64,000 bases of DNA from Pseudomonadota bacterium (GCA_005804885.1 SYOX01000381.1:2934-66933), one strand, 5' to 3'. Numbered from the stretch's first letter, positions 27,140-36,863 are shown. Numbers and translations are program-made. Notes: generated from the sequence alone by a model not told the origin.

Positions 27140-28539
27140 TGGCGGCGCGAATCCCTGAGCTCGGCCAGGGGGCCGGGCAGGTCCATGTGCGGCTGCCGCC
27201 GACCACCAGCGTGCCGATGACGCCGCGCACGATGGCGATCGTCGATCACCCGGCCTTCCAGCGGCTGCGCCAGGTCACCCAGCTCGGCCCGACCCACATG
27301 GTCTACCCCGGCGCGGTCCACACGCGCTTTGAGCACTCGCTGGGGGTCTTCTTCACCGCCGGCCAGTACCTCAACCACCTGCTCGAAGTGCCGGCCTTCG
27401 CCGAGCGGGTCGACGAGGCGGACCTGCTGACGGTCCTGGCCGCCGCGCTCCTGCACGACATCGGGCATTACCCGATGGCCCACTCGCTCGAGGCGCTGCA
27501 CCTCAAGGGCAACGACACGCCGAGGCACGAGGACATCGCCGCCGACATCATCCGAGGCGATCTGCCCCGGTGGCGCGGGGATCGGAGCCTGGCCGAGATC
27601 CTGTCGGAGCAATGGGGGATCGATCCTGAGCGGGTGATCGCCTTCATCGCGCGGCCGAGGGGCAGCCACGGGCGGGACGTGGACGCGCTGCTGGCCTCGA
27701 TCATCTCCTCGGGGATCGACGCGGACAAGATGGACTACCTGGGCCGCGACAGCCTCCACATGGGGGTCCCCTACGGGCGCAACTACGACCGCCAGCGGCT
27801 GCTCGACAGCCTGACGGTGGCCGAGGACGGGCGCTCCATCGCGGTGACGGCCAAGGGGCGTACCCCCGCGGAGATATTCATCTTTTGCCGCTACACGATG
27901 TTCTCGGAGGCCTACTGGCACCACACCGTCCGCTCGGTCAGCGCCATGGTGGAGGCCTCCATGGCCGACCTCCAGCGCTGCGGCGTGCTGCCCGACGACA
28001 GGCTCCAGCTCGTCGACGACCTGCTCGGCCGCGCCGACGCCGCCATGCTCGACTGGCTCATGTCGCTGGCCCCGGCCGACAGCGACGCGCGCCGCATCCT
28101 CGGCGGCATGACCGGCCACCGCCGCGCCCTCTACAAGCGGGTCGTGACCTTGAGCCGGCTCTTCGACGAGCCGCGCACGACCGCCGCCTACGAGCACCTC
28201 ATGGGCCTGGACAGCGCGGGCCTGCGGCAAGTCACCGAGGCGCTGCGGCGGGCCGTTCGGGAGGATCTCGGGATCGACATCCCCGAGGGCGGCCTCGTCA
28301 TCGACACGCCCCCTCGGGACAAGGATCACTTCGAGGACGTCGAGGTCGCCTTCCCGGCGCTGGCCGGCCACCGCAGGCGGCGGCTGACGGACATCAGCGC
28401 CGTCGTCCGCGCGATCTCAGGCGACTTCCTCAAGGTGGTCAAGAAGGTGCGCGTCTTCGTCGCGCCGGAGTTCGCCGAAGGCCTGCGATCCCGCCAGGAT
28501 CGCCTTGAGGAGATCTTCCTCGGCGCGATCCTCCCCTGA
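27139..28539 (+). CDS. HD-domain phosphohydrolase (SAMHD1-like dNTP triphosphohydrolase family)
   Basis: TGATG coupling to the BKACE gene. FQRLR.V.QLG....VYPGA.HTRFEHSLG, LLHDIGH.P..H, DADKMDYL.RDS, Y.HHTVR. Confidence 0.88.
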   Translation: MAARIPELGQGAGQVHVRLPPTTSVPMTPRTMAIVDHPAFQRLRQVTQLGPTHMVYPGAVHTRFEHSLGVFFTAGQYLNHLLEVPAFAERVDEADLLTVLAAALLHDIGHYPMAHSLEALHLKGNDTPRHEDIAADIIRGDLPRWRGDRSLAEILSEQWGIDPERVIAFIARPRGSHGRDVDALLASIISSGIDADKMDYLGRDSLHMGVPYGRNYDRQRLLDSLTVAEDGRSIAVTAKGRTPAEIFIFCRYTMFSEAYWHHTVRSVSAMVEASMADLQRCGVLPDDRLQLVDDLLGRADAAMLDWLMSLAPADSDARRILGGMTGHRRALYKRVVTLSRLFDEPRTTAAYEHLMGLDSAGLRQVTEALRRAVREDLGIDIPEGGLVIDTPPRDKDHFEDVEVAFPALAGHRRRRLTDISAVVRAISGDFLKVVKKVRVFVAPEFAEGLRSRQDRLEEIFLGAILP

Positions 28540-28632
28540 TCCCTCCGACCGGCACATCGACCAGGACGCTCCAGCCGCGGCGAAGCACATCAAGATGCCA
28601 ACTCGCCGATCTCGACAGGATCGCTGGCGAGG

Positions 28633-29376
28633 TTACTGGCGCTGGTATGCGCCGTCGAGGGGGACGAGCTGATCGCCGATGAGGGTGAAGTCGCCGCGCA
28701 GGTCGCCGGAGAGGGTGAAGGTCGCGCCATCGTCGGCGGCCACCCAGGTCAGCGTGCCGTCCTCGACGACGGGGGGCTCGGCGGCGCCGTCTGGGCCGCC
28801 GCGCTCGGTGGAGGTCCGCACGGCGCCGCGGCCCGTGGCGTCGAAGGTCACGGCGCGCTCGGTGTGCGAGGAGAGGATGAGCTCGCCGCCGGCCCCCGCC
28901 GTCTCGACGGTCCTGCTCGTCTCCCAGGCCCCCTCGATCCCGGCCCCCGAAGCCTCCCCGACGCGGGCGAGGACGCCGCTGATGACGAGGCGGTCGGCGT
29001 CGACGAAGATGGCCTCGGTGCTGCGGCCGGCGGCGTGGGTCTGGACGAGGGTGTGAGGGCGGTCGAGCGCCCACGCTCCCTCCTGGACGAAGGGCGTGGC
29101 GCCGAAGTCCTGCTCGACGCGGTAGGCGCCGTCGGCCTGGAAGGTCGCGGTGACGGGCGAGACGGGATCTTCAATGAGCCACTGGCCGACCAGGAGCGCC
29201 CGCTCGCCGGGCGGCGCGGCCCCCTCCCCTTCCTCGCCGCAGCCGAGGGTCGCGGCGCCGATCGCGGCGAGCGCGAGGGCGAGGGCGAGGCGGCGCTGAA
29301 GGGCGCGGTCGAGGGTGAGGGGGGCCCTGGGCGGTGCCGAGGCCAGCGGGGCGCGGGCATGAAGGGGGAGGATCAC
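28633..29376 (-). CDS. Lipoprotein, possibly two lipocalin-like beta domains
   Basis: Hydrophobic stretch ending TLG|C; two G-x-W motifs (LVGQW, IEGAW). Overlaps the deaminase stop. Confidence 0.65.
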   Translation of the reverse strand: MILPLHARAPLASAPPRAPLTLDRALQRRLALALALAAIGAATLGCGEEGEGAAPPGERALLVGQWLIEDPVSPVTATFQADGAYRVEQDFGATPFVQEGAWALDRPHTLVQTHAAGRSTEAIFVDADRLVISGVLARVGEASGAGIEGAWETSRTVETAGAGGELILSSHTERAVTFDATGRGAVRTSTERGGPDGAAEPPVVEDGTLTWVAADDGATFTLSGDLRGDFTLIGDQLVPLDGAYQRQ

Positions 29377-30659
29377 GCGGAGTGCTCCTTGACGATCCCG
29401 AAGGTGCGCTCGACGGACTCATAATAGTCAATGATGCCGCGGACATAGTTGCGTTTTTCGAGGTAGGAGCCGGGGAAGAAGGAGCGCTTGAAGCCGTAGA
29501 TGATGCAGTGCTTGAGGTCGTTGGCCGAGAGGCCGAAGTGCTTGACGGCCAGCATGAGCTCAGCGGTCATCGTGGTGTTGGAGACGAGGCGGTTGTCGGT
29601 GCAGAAGGTGGCGGAGAGCTTGTGGCGGAGCATCTCGCCGAAGGCGTGGTGGTCGATGCTCTTGAGGTTGGGGTTGGTCTGGAGGTTGCTGGTGATGCAG
29701 ACCTCGATGGTGATGCGGCGGTCGGCGATGTACTCGCTGAGTTCTTGAATGTAGGCCTGCTTGTCCCGGATGGAGCGGTCGCCGATGGTCCACGGGCTGA
29801 AGAGGTTGAAGCCGTGGCCGATGCGGTCGGCATGAAGATCCGTAATGGCCTGGAAGATCGACTCCGGGCCGTAGGCCTCGCCGGCATGAACGGTCTTCTT
29901 GAGGAAGTGCTTGTGGGCGTAGGCGTAGGCCTGGGTGTGGTCCTCGGCGGGGTAGCCGTCCTCGCGGCCGGCCAGATCGAAGCCGACGATGGGCAGGCCG
30001 TACTCGCGCTTGATGCCGACGGTGGCCCGGGCCAGCTCCAGCGAGGCCATCCCGTAGATGGAGCGCTCGGGGGCGTAGGGGTGGACCTTCATCATGCTGG
30101 CGTAATACTTCGAGAAGTGCTCGTTGAAGTAGCGCATGGCGCAGACGATGATGCCGTACTCGAAGCCGGGCTCCTGGCCGGTGCGGACGGCGTCGGTGCG
30201 GTTGAACTCGTCCTTGGCGCGCTTGAAGCCGCGGTGGACGGAGAGCAGCACGCGCTCGATGTCCAGGTCCGGGTGCATGTGGAGCTGGGGCGCGAAGCGG
30301 GGCTCGATGTACCGGACGCCCTCGTTGATGTTGTCCCAGGCCAGCTCATAGGCCACCTGCTCAAGAGCCTCCTCGTCCTGGAGGACGGCGCAGGTGAAGG
30401 CAAAGCCGTGGAGGTATTCGGCCAGGCTCGTGTAGCGCTCCTTGAAGACGGTGTCCTTGAGGCCCTCCTCGGTGAAGGAGGGCAAGGTCACCTTTCGGTC
30501 CTTGGCCAGCTCGATGAGGGTGCCAAGCCGGAGGGATCCGTCGATGTGGACGTGCAGATCGGTCTTGGGCAGGGCGGCGATGAACTCTTCGGTGATGGGT
30601 TGGTTCACGTTGCGCTCGTCGTTGAGGTTCCGGGTGGGTGTGCGGCGCCGAAGGGTCAC
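29373..30659 (-). CDS. add: Adenosine deaminase family protein
   Basis: LPKTDLHVHIDGS, GFDLAG.E, TVHAGE, RIGHG, EVC.TSN, CTDN. Alternative start GTG at 30608. Confidence 0.88.
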   Translation of the reverse strand: MTLRRRTPTRNLNDERNVNQPITEEFIAALPKTDLHVHIDGSLRLGTLIELAKDRKVTLPSFTEEGLKDTVFKERYTSLAEYLHGFAFTCAVLQDEEALEQVAYELAWDNINEGVRYIEPRFAPQLHMHPDLDIERVLLSVHRGFKRAKDEFNRTDAVRTGQEPGFEYGIIVCAMRYFNEHFSKYYASMMKVHPYAPERSIYGMASLELARATVGIKREYGLPIVGFDLAGREDGYPAEDHTQAYAYAHKHFLKKTVHAGEAYGPESIFQAITDLHADRIGHGFNLFSPWTIGDRSIRDKQAYIQELSEYIADRRITIEVCITSNLQTNPNLKSIDHHAFGEMLRHKLSATFCTDNRLVSNTTMTAELMLAVKHFGLSANDLKHCIIYGFKRSFFPGSYLEKRNYVRGIIDYYESVERTFGIVKEHSA

Positions 30660-30742
30660 CCGCGATCACCATCATAGAAGATGCGCCCGAGGCCGCACAA
30701 GGCGCACGGCGAGGGCGCGCAGGGTTGAGGCGCGCAGGAGGG

Positions 30743-31852
30743 CTATCCGTCCTCGTTGGTCTGGGGTTGGAGGAGCGACATCTGAGGATCGCGGGGCGCG
30801 CGGCGGAGCTTGTCGCGAGGGTCGACGCGGGTCGCCTCGGCGCGTGGAGCCTCAACGCGGGTCGTCTCGGCACGGGTCGTCTCGGCACGGGTCGCCTCGA
30901 CACGTCGCGCTTCGGCGCGGGGGGTCTCGGCGCGGGACGCCTCGGCACGGGACGCCTCAGCACGGGACGCCTCAGCGCGGGACGCCTCGGCGCGGGACGC
31001 CTCAGCGCGGAGCGGAGGCCGGTGGTGCTCGGGAGGGGGCGCCTCGGTCTCGGGGGGCGGATCAAGGGGCGGCAGCCCCTCGGGTGGCGAGCCGTGGACC
31101 CAGGCGACCTGTCGGATGCGGCTGATGCGAAAGACTCTGTCGTCCTGGCGCTTGTGGCAGTAGGCGTGGAGGTATTTTTCGGCCTCCATGCGCAGGGGGG
31201 TCACCTTTCGGCGGGTCAGCTCGACGCGGCCGCCGGTGAAGTACTGCAGGATGACGTCGCGGCGCAGCGCGATGGCCTTTTCGAGGGTGACCATGACGCC
31301 GTGGTTGGGGGCGCTCTGGTCTTCGTCGTGGGAGGGGGTCGCCTCGGCCATGCCTGGGTCGATGCTCTGCCCGAGCCACTCGAAGATCTCGTAGGCTTCG
31401 ACCTCGATGGCCATGGCCTCCTGGTGATCGAAGCCGGCCAGGAGTCGATCAAGGGGCTCGCGCAGCGCTCGGGCGGGCACCTGGGCGCCGCCGTGTCGGC
31501 GGATCTGCTCCAGGACGAGGCAGGCCAGGGCGAGCGCGCCGCGCTCGTCGGCGGGATCGGACCTGAAGGCGGCGAAGCTGGTCTTGAAGCGCAGGGCGTC
31601 TTCGTGGGTGGCGCGGCCGGGGGCCTCCTTGAGACGCTCGGTGACTCTCCCGCGGATGGTGGGGATGGAGGCCGCGGTGGCGGGGATCTCGGCGCTGTCG
31701 GTGTGCGCGGGATCCTTGGGGGCAAGGGCAATGTTGCGAATGGCCTGGCGAGTCAGGTCGCTGCCCGGCAGGCGGACCATCGGAGGATCGTCGAAGTCCG
31801 ATGAGGCGTCGTCGGCGTGGGAGGTCACATTGGGGGTCTTGGGGTCTCTCAT
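30743..31852 (-). CDS. WYL-domain protein with low-complexity pentapeptide tail
   Basis: LEKAIALRRDVILQY...TRRKVTPLRM....YLHAYCHKRQDDRVFRISRI is a WYL signature. No N-terminal HTH recognised. Confidence 0.8.
   Translation of the reverse strand: MRDPKTPNVTSHADDASSDFDDPPMVRLPGSDLTRQAIRNIALAPKDPAHTDSAEIPATAASIPTIRGRVTERLKEAPGRATHEDALRFKTSFAAFRSDPADERGALALACLVLEQIRRHGGAQVPARALREPLDRLLAGFDHQEAMAIEVEAYEIFEWLGQSIDPGMAEATPSHDEDQSAPNHGVMVTLEKAIALRRDVILQYFTGGRVELTRRKVTPLRMEAEKYLHAYCHKRQDDRVFRISRIRQVAWVHGSPPEGLPPLDPPPETEAPPPEHHRPPLRAEASRAEASRAEASRAEASRAEASRAETPRAEARRVEATRAETTRAETTRVEAPRAEATRVDPRDKLRRAPRDPQMSLLQPQTNEDG
30826..31010 (-). repeat. 15-bp coding tandem repeat (~12 copies; RAEAS/RAETT/RVEAT)
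   Basis: gcgggacgcctcggc-like units, translated as (RAEAS)5 RAETP RAEAR RVEAT RAETT RAETT RVEAP RAEAT. Confidence 0.85.
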
Positions 31853-31906
31853 GGGTGGGCAAGTCCAGGTGGGGGGAAGGCCACCGCGCGTCCTTTCTCG
31901 GTGAAG

Positions 31907-32653
31907 TTAATACCTCACCTGAGGATCAGCAAGCCAACCCGCGCCACCAGGGGATGGAGCGCCTCCGAAGCGCCGCCCGCCCTGTCGAATGCGCTCGTCG
32001 ATGCCCAGGAGCTCGTTGATGATGTCGAGGGCGTACTCGCCGGCGGCCAGGGTCACCTCGAAGCCGACGACCCAGCCGAAGGTGTCGCCGGCGAAGGTGC
32101 GGTTGACGCCGTCGGCGCGCAGGGCACGGATGTCGGCGGGCTCATTCCAGCGGTCCAGGGTCAGGGCGACGGCGAAGGCGCCGGTGCGGTAGTAGGTCAG
32201 GGCGCCGCCGAAGAAGCCGCCGGCGTCGCCGTCGAGGTCGGCGGTGCCGGCGCGGGCCCAGAGATCGAGGCTGTGGCGGTGAGGGATGAGGCCGGGGTAG
32301 CCGATCCGGCCCTCTCTGAACTCCCAGAGGGTCAGGGCGGGGACGTCGAGGCGCAGGAGGCGGCGCTCGACGTAGCTCTTGTCCTGGATGGTGGGATCGA
32401 GCCGCTGGTCGGGGGTCAGGCCGACGAGGGGCTCGTGGGTGACCATCTCAAGGCTGGTGACGACGCGGGCGACCCTGAAGTCAAAGGCGGTGCCGATGAT
32501 GAAGGCGCGCCGGTCGAGGCTCAGATCGACGGTGCCGTCGTCGACGGGGTTGGTGAGGCTGCTGGCGCCCAGGGTGCCCGCATTGCCGGCCATGATGCAG
32601 CCAGGGGCGAGGGCGCCGAGCGCGAGGGTCCACAGGACGAGCCGGCGGCGCAC
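31907..32653 (-). CDS. Putative outer-membrane lipoprotein
   Basis: Probable GTG start at 32653: VRRRLVLWTLALGALAPG|C, followed by amphipathic beta-strand-like segments (FFGGALTYYRT, WVVGFEVTLA). Confidence 0.65.
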   Translation of the reverse strand: MRRRLVLWTLALGALAPGCIMAGNAGTLGASSLTNPVDDGTVDLSLDRRAFIIGTAFDFRVARVVTSLEMVTHEPLVGLTPDQRLDPTIQDKSYVERRLLRLDVPALTLWEFREGRIGYPGLIPHRHSLDLWARAGTADLDGDAGGFFGGALTYYRTGAFAVALTLDRWNEPADIRALRADGVNRTFAGDTFGWVVGFEVTLAAGEYALDIINELLGIDERIRQGGRRFGGAPSPGGAGWLADPQVRY

Positions 32654-32813
32654 GCAGGCGAGCCCTGGAGGCCCGTCGTGAGGAGCGTCTAGACGGAGGG
32701 GATGAGAGCGTGGTGATGTGGGCGTAATCAAGGCCTTGGCCCCTCGCTGACGTCCGGCGGCAGGGTCAGGATAGGGGCAAAGGGGGCGCGGCACCAGAAA
32801 GGGGGTCGGCGGG

Positions 32814-33998
32814 CTACTTGTAGAGGAAGATGATCTCGACGCGGTTGTTGCGCAGGCGCTCCTTGCCGCGGTTCTCGAAGGCAAGCTGGGTGTTGCCGTA
32901 GCCGGCCGTCTGCATGCGGCCTGCGGGGATGCTGCGCTGGAGGAAGAAGTCGCGGACGACCTGGGCCCTGCTCTGCGACAGGGTCATGTTGCGGGTGGCA
33001 TTGCCGGCCTTCTCGGTGTGTCCGGCGATCATGAGCTGGTAGTCGGGGAAGTCCTTGGCGAGCTTGTCGACGACGTCGAGCAGGAACATCCTGTTGGGGT
33101 CGATGGCGTCCTTGTTGGTCTTGAAGAGCTCGTCGACGGTGATGACCATGCCGCGGCCGTCGATCTTGACCAGATCGCGGAAGGTGGAGTGGGCCTGTTC
33201 GAAGAGCTTCTTGTTGGTGTCGTCGCGCTTGACGGTGTCCTGCTCGGCCTTGAAGGAGGGCAGCGCCTCCTCGATGGCCTTGGCGAAGAGGAGCTGGGCC
33301 TCGACGGCGTCCTGGGCGGCGCGGTCAAAGTCCTTGTTGGTCATGAAGCGCTCGGCGGCCTTGAGCGCGTTGTTGGCCTTGTTGAAGCTCCCTGGGGCGA
33401 AGGTGTCGGCCTTGATGCCCTCGGCCTCGGTGCGGCGGACCTGAGCGGCGGCCAGCGCCTCCTGGGCGCCGAGCTGCTTCTCCTTCTCGGTGGCGAGCTG
33501 TCGCGCCTTCTCGCGCTCGGTCTCGCTCTCGAGCTTGCTGGCGGCCATCTGGCCCTTGAGGGCGATCTGGTCCTTGAGGACGGTGATGGTCTTGTCGATT
33601 TGCTCGCGCTTCTCGTTGTTCTTGTTGCGGACGGTCTGATCGCGGACGTACTTCTCGTTGGCCTGGGTCATGCGCTCGGTGGCGCGGTTGCGGTCCAGGA
33701 CGGCCTTGGCCGTGCGGTACTTCATGGTGCCCAGGACGGCGTACTCCTTGACCCGTTCGAGATCCTCGTCGTCGTAGGCCTCCATGGCGATGACGTGGAA
33801 CTGCTCGCTGTGGGCCATGACCTCCTTGACCTCGGCGAGCTTGGCCAGCTCCTCGGTGTCCTTGCTCTGGCGCAGGGCCTCGAAGTCGACGAGCTCCTTG
33901 GGCTTGGGCGGCGGCTCGCAGGCCAGGGCCGTGGTCACCAGGGCCGCGAGGCAGGCCCCCATCAGGACGCGGGACACCATTTGATTCCAACGCATCAC
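32814..33998 (-). CDS. OmpA-family peptidoglycan-binding lipoprotein with long coiled coil
   Basis: Lipobox ALA|C; coiled-coil middle; C-terminal IAGHTE...N.TLSQSRA..V...L...GYG......N...R.RNNRVEI. Confidence 0.88.
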   Translation of the reverse strand: MMRWNQMVSRVLMGACLAALVTTALACEPPPKPKELVDFEALRQSKDTEELAKLAEVKEVMAHSEQFHVIAMEAYDDEDLERVKEYAVLGTMKYRTAKAVLDRNRATERMTQANEKYVRDQTVRNKNNEKREQIDKTITVLKDQIALKGQMAASKLESETEREKARQLATEKEKQLGAQEALAAAQVRRTEAEGIKADTFAPGSFNKANNALKAAERFMTNKDFDRAAQDAVEAQLLFAKAIEEALPSFKAEQDTVKRDDTNKKLFEQAHSTFRDLVKIDGRGMVITVDELFKTNKDAIDPNRMFLLDVVDKLAKDFPDYQLMIAGHTEKAGNATRNMTLSQSRAQVVRDFFLQRSIPAGRMQTAGYGNTQLAFENRGKERLRNNRVEIIFLYK

Positions 33999-34474
33999 TT
34001 GCTGCCCTCCTTGCTCTTGTCCGAGCCGGCCGTGACCTCTTGCATGAGCTTGCGCTCTTCGAGCTCGGCCTTCTCCAGGTTGGCCTTGGATTCGAAGGCC
34101 TCCTTCTCCATGGCGATGGCGGCCGACTCTCGCTCGAAGGCGGTCTTCTCGACCTTGGCCGTCTCGATGACCGCGTCGATCATGGCCAGAGAGATCTCGA
34201 CCCGGCGCAGGTAGCGCTTGGCGGTCTCCTCCTCCTCCTTGATGATCTGGGCCTGGGCCTCGTTGATCCAGAGCTGGGTCAGCTTGATGTCCCCGATGGC
34301 CGACTGGAGATCGTTGTCCTTCTTCTCGAGCTCGCCGAGCCGGACGGTGTACTCCTGGACCTTCTCCTTGAGGTCGGCGATCTCGTCGGCCGACGCCATC
34401 GTCGACGCCGACACCGCCACCGCGATGCAGAGCCCCAGGAGGAGGCCGGCGCGGCGTCTGGTTGTCATGCTCAT
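33995..34474 (-). CDS. Secreted coiled-coil protein (DUF4398-like partner of the OmpA protein)
   Basis: Signal peptide ...ASTMASA|D; all-helical E/K/A-rich sequence; 4-nt overlap with the OmpA gene. Confidence 0.7.
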   Translation of the reverse strand: MSMTTRRRAGLLLGLCIAVAVSASTMASADEIADLKEKVQEYTVRLGELEKKDNDLQSAIGDIKLTQLWINEAQAQIIKEEEETAKRYLRRVEISLAMIDAVIETAKVEKTAFERESAAIAMEKEAFESKANLEKAELEERKLMQEVTAGSDKSKEGSK

Positions 34475-34523
34475 GTCTTCATCTCCTTCTTCCCTTGTGC
34501 TGCCATCTGCCGAATCCCCCTCC

Positions 34524-34553
34524 CTAATAGCGATTGAGGTCGGGGGCTGTCAA
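34524..34553 (-). promoter_or_regulatory. Possible sigma70 promoter for the coiled-coil/OmpA operon
   Basis: Minus strand TTGACA-N18-TATTAG. It overlaps an inverted repeat GCGATTGA...TCAATCGC (34530-34557). Confidence 0.5.
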
Positions 34554-34581
34554 TCGCCTGGGGTTGTCCCTCCCCGGCGCC

Positions 34582-36819
34582 CTAACCCTCGTAGCGGTGC
34601 TTGATGAGGAAGACGATCGCCTCGCGCGCGCTCTCGGCCGTGTAGCCGTGCTTGCTCTGGAGCGCGTCGAGCGTGACGCGGACCTGCTGGGCCTCTTCGG
34701 TCGACATGGACGAGGACGACTCGCCCAGGTGGCTCAAGAGGTTCTGCTTGATGCGCCAGATCTGCTCTCGGCGCTCCTCGTAGTAGGCCGCGCGCAAGGC
34801 CTCGAAATGCCTCGGGAAGATCGCGGGGTAGGACATCGGCTGGCCGGGGTGGTCGATGCTCCAGGCCGCGATCGAGCCCATGATGTCATTGCGGAAGGCT
34901 TCGGCGCTCGAGCCGCCGGCGATGGCGGCCTCGACCTCCTTCATCAGGCCCTCGTCGGGCTCCTCGGAGCGGCCGGTGGCCCGGTTGTAGAGCTTCTCCT
35001 TGCGCAGCCAGTGGGTGACGTGGTCGATGTAGCGCTGGAAGTACTCGCCGTAGCGCGCCTCGTCGATGAGCCCCATCGCCGACCGCACGTCCTTGTCGAG
35101 CAGGTCGAGGTAGCGCTCGGTGACCACGTCGATGAAGTGCTCGTGGTGGTAGTACTCCCCGTCGGGCTTGATCTGGAGGAACTGGTAGACGCTCGTCTCG
35201 CGCACGAGGCGGCGCAGCTCGTCGAAGATCGCCAGCGGCGACAGGTGCGGGTAGGTCGACAGCTGCGCGGCCCTCAGGAGCAGCCCCTTCATCTCGCGCG
35301 GCGAGGCGCCGTAGCGCCCCTCGTAGACATCGCCGTCGGCGCCGAGGTCCATCATCACGGGCACGGCGGCCCTGAGGCCGCGGGCCTGATCGGGGCTCAG
35401 GCCCTCGGGCACGGCCCCGTCGGCGTAGAGATCGGCCTTCTCCAGCGGGGACAGGTGCTCGATGAGCCCGCGGACGCCCTCGGGGTGCCGCTCCGGCTCG
35501 GGGCGCTTGAGCCGGGTCAGCACCGCCCAGAGCGCCGCGACGTAGGTGCTGTGCGGCGCCATGGGCTTGCCCATCTCGGTGGCGCTGATCTGCTCCTCGT
35601 AGATCCGCTGCTCGACCCTGAAGTCGCGCAGGTAGGGCATGCGGACCAGCTCCAGGCGGGCGTTGAAGCTGGGGTACTCAGGGCTGCCCTTGAAGGCCGA
35701 CAGGTAGGTCTCGTTGGCGCTGCCGAGCAGGACGGCGTCGAGGTGGACGTTGGCGTGATCGAGCGAGACGGTGGCCTTCTCGCTCGTGGCCAGCAGGTAG
35801 CGGTTGTACTCCTGGGGGCGCTTGAGCAGATCGTTGTACTCGACCACCCCCCGGTTGCCGTCGATCAGATCCCCGACCAGCTCGTGGAGCGTCTGGTTCT
35901 GGAGGCTGGCCGGCAAGCTCTGAAGCGACCTGTCCGCGGTCACCTGCCTGGCCCCGGCGTCGACCCTGAACTGGGGCTCGACCGTCACCGCCCCGATCCT
36001 GTAGCGCCGGCTGACGAAGAAGCGCTCGACCTGCACGTGCCGCGTCACGGCCTTGAGGTCGCCCTGGTAGGCCGTCAACAGCGCCTCGTAGATGCGCTTG
36101 GACTTGTGCGAGAGATCCCCGCGCAGGATGTAATCGGAGAGCTTGAAGTCCGCCCCCGCCGGGAGGCTCTGCTCAAGGAGCCGTCGGCGCGCGCCGGGCT
36201 CGATCAAGAATAGCGGGTTGTCCTTGAGCTCGTCGATCAGCTTGGCGTCGACGTCCAGATCGTCGAGGAAGGCGTAGGTGTCCCGGCTCGACGTCGAGGG
36301 CGAGGTCCGCCCTGACCCGCCGAAGCCGATCGACTCCCGCGCGATCTTGTCCGCCGGGAAGATCCAGTTGAAGCGGTAGAGCGCCCCCTCGTCCGTGTGG
36401 CTGTAGGCCTCCAGCGCCCGCTGGACGCAGCCGATCAAGCTGCTCTTGGCCGAGCCGTTGGGGCCGTGCAGCAGCACCAGCCGCCTTATCCGCCCGTCCT
36501 GAACGAAGCTCGTCAAGATCTGGTAGACCGAGGCCTGCGCCTCCTCCTGCCCGATGAGCCGATCCCGCCCGCCGTCAAAGGGACAATCAAAGAGCTTGTA
36601 GTGCTTGCGACGGCCAAGCACCGTCTCGAACTCCTCGACCCCGAAGTGGTCAAAGCAGTCCCGCACATACTGCGCCGAGCTGCGCGCAAAGCGCATCGGG
36701 TGCTCCATGACCAGCTCGACGAACTGCGTAAAGCTCAGCAGCCGCCGATGCTCCACGAAGCTCTCTCTGGCCCGCTTCGACAGATCCCCGAGAAAGACGT
36801 CGGCCTTCCCGCTCCCCAT
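34582..36819 (-). CDS. prkA: PrkA/YeaG-family AAA+ serine protein kinase
   Basis: LLHGPNGSAKS Walker A; GDL.DGNRG..EY.DLLK; YEGRYGASPRE. ATG at 36819 follows GGAG. Confidence 0.85.
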   Translation of the reverse strand: MGSGKADVFLGDLSKRARESFVEHRRLLSFTQFVELVMEHPMRFARSSAQYVRDCFDHFGVEEFETVLGRRKHYKLFDCPFDGGRDRLIGQEEAQASVYQILTSFVQDGRIRRLVLLHGPNGSAKSSLIGCVQRALEAYSHTDEGALYRFNWIFPADKIARESIGFGGSGRTSPSTSSRDTYAFLDDLDVDAKLIDELKDNPLFLIEPGARRRLLEQSLPAGADFKLSDYILRGDLSHKSKRIYEALLTAYQGDLKAVTRHVQVERFFVSRRYRIGAVTVEPQFRVDAGARQVTADRSLQSLPASLQNQTLHELVGDLIDGNRGVVEYNDLLKRPQEYNRYLLATSEKATVSLDHANVHLDAVLLGSANETYLSAFKGSPEYPSFNARLELVRMPYLRDFRVEQRIYEEQISATEMGKPMAPHSTYVAALWAVLTRLKRPEPERHPEGVRGLIEHLSPLEKADLYADGAVPEGLSPDQARGLRAAVPVMMDLGADGDVYEGRYGASPREMKGLLLRAAQLSTYPHLSPLAIFDELRRLVRETSVYQFLQIKPDGEYYHHEHFIDVVTERYLDLLDKDVRSAMGLIDEARYGEYFQRYIDHVTHWLRKEKLYNRATGRSEEPDEGLMKEVEAAIAGGSSAEAFRNDIMGSIAAWSIDHPGQPMSYPAIFPRHFEALRAAYYEERREQIWRIKQNLLSHLGESSSSMSTEEAQQVRVTLDALQSKHGYTAESAREAIVFLIKHRYEG

Positions 36820-36863
36820 GGCTTCTCCTTGCCCTCTTCGCGCGACCCCGCGCGACGGACTGC

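Noticed and set aside
28592-28632. Intrinsic terminator between the convergent HD and lipoprotein genes
   Set aside because: Only an imperfect stem with no U-tract; not enough to call.
29373-30659. RADAR-type defence (RdrB deaminase)
   Set aside because: The protein has ordinary adenosine deaminase size and motifs with no adjacent RdrA-like ATPase; the PrkA ATPase is four genes away and of a different family.
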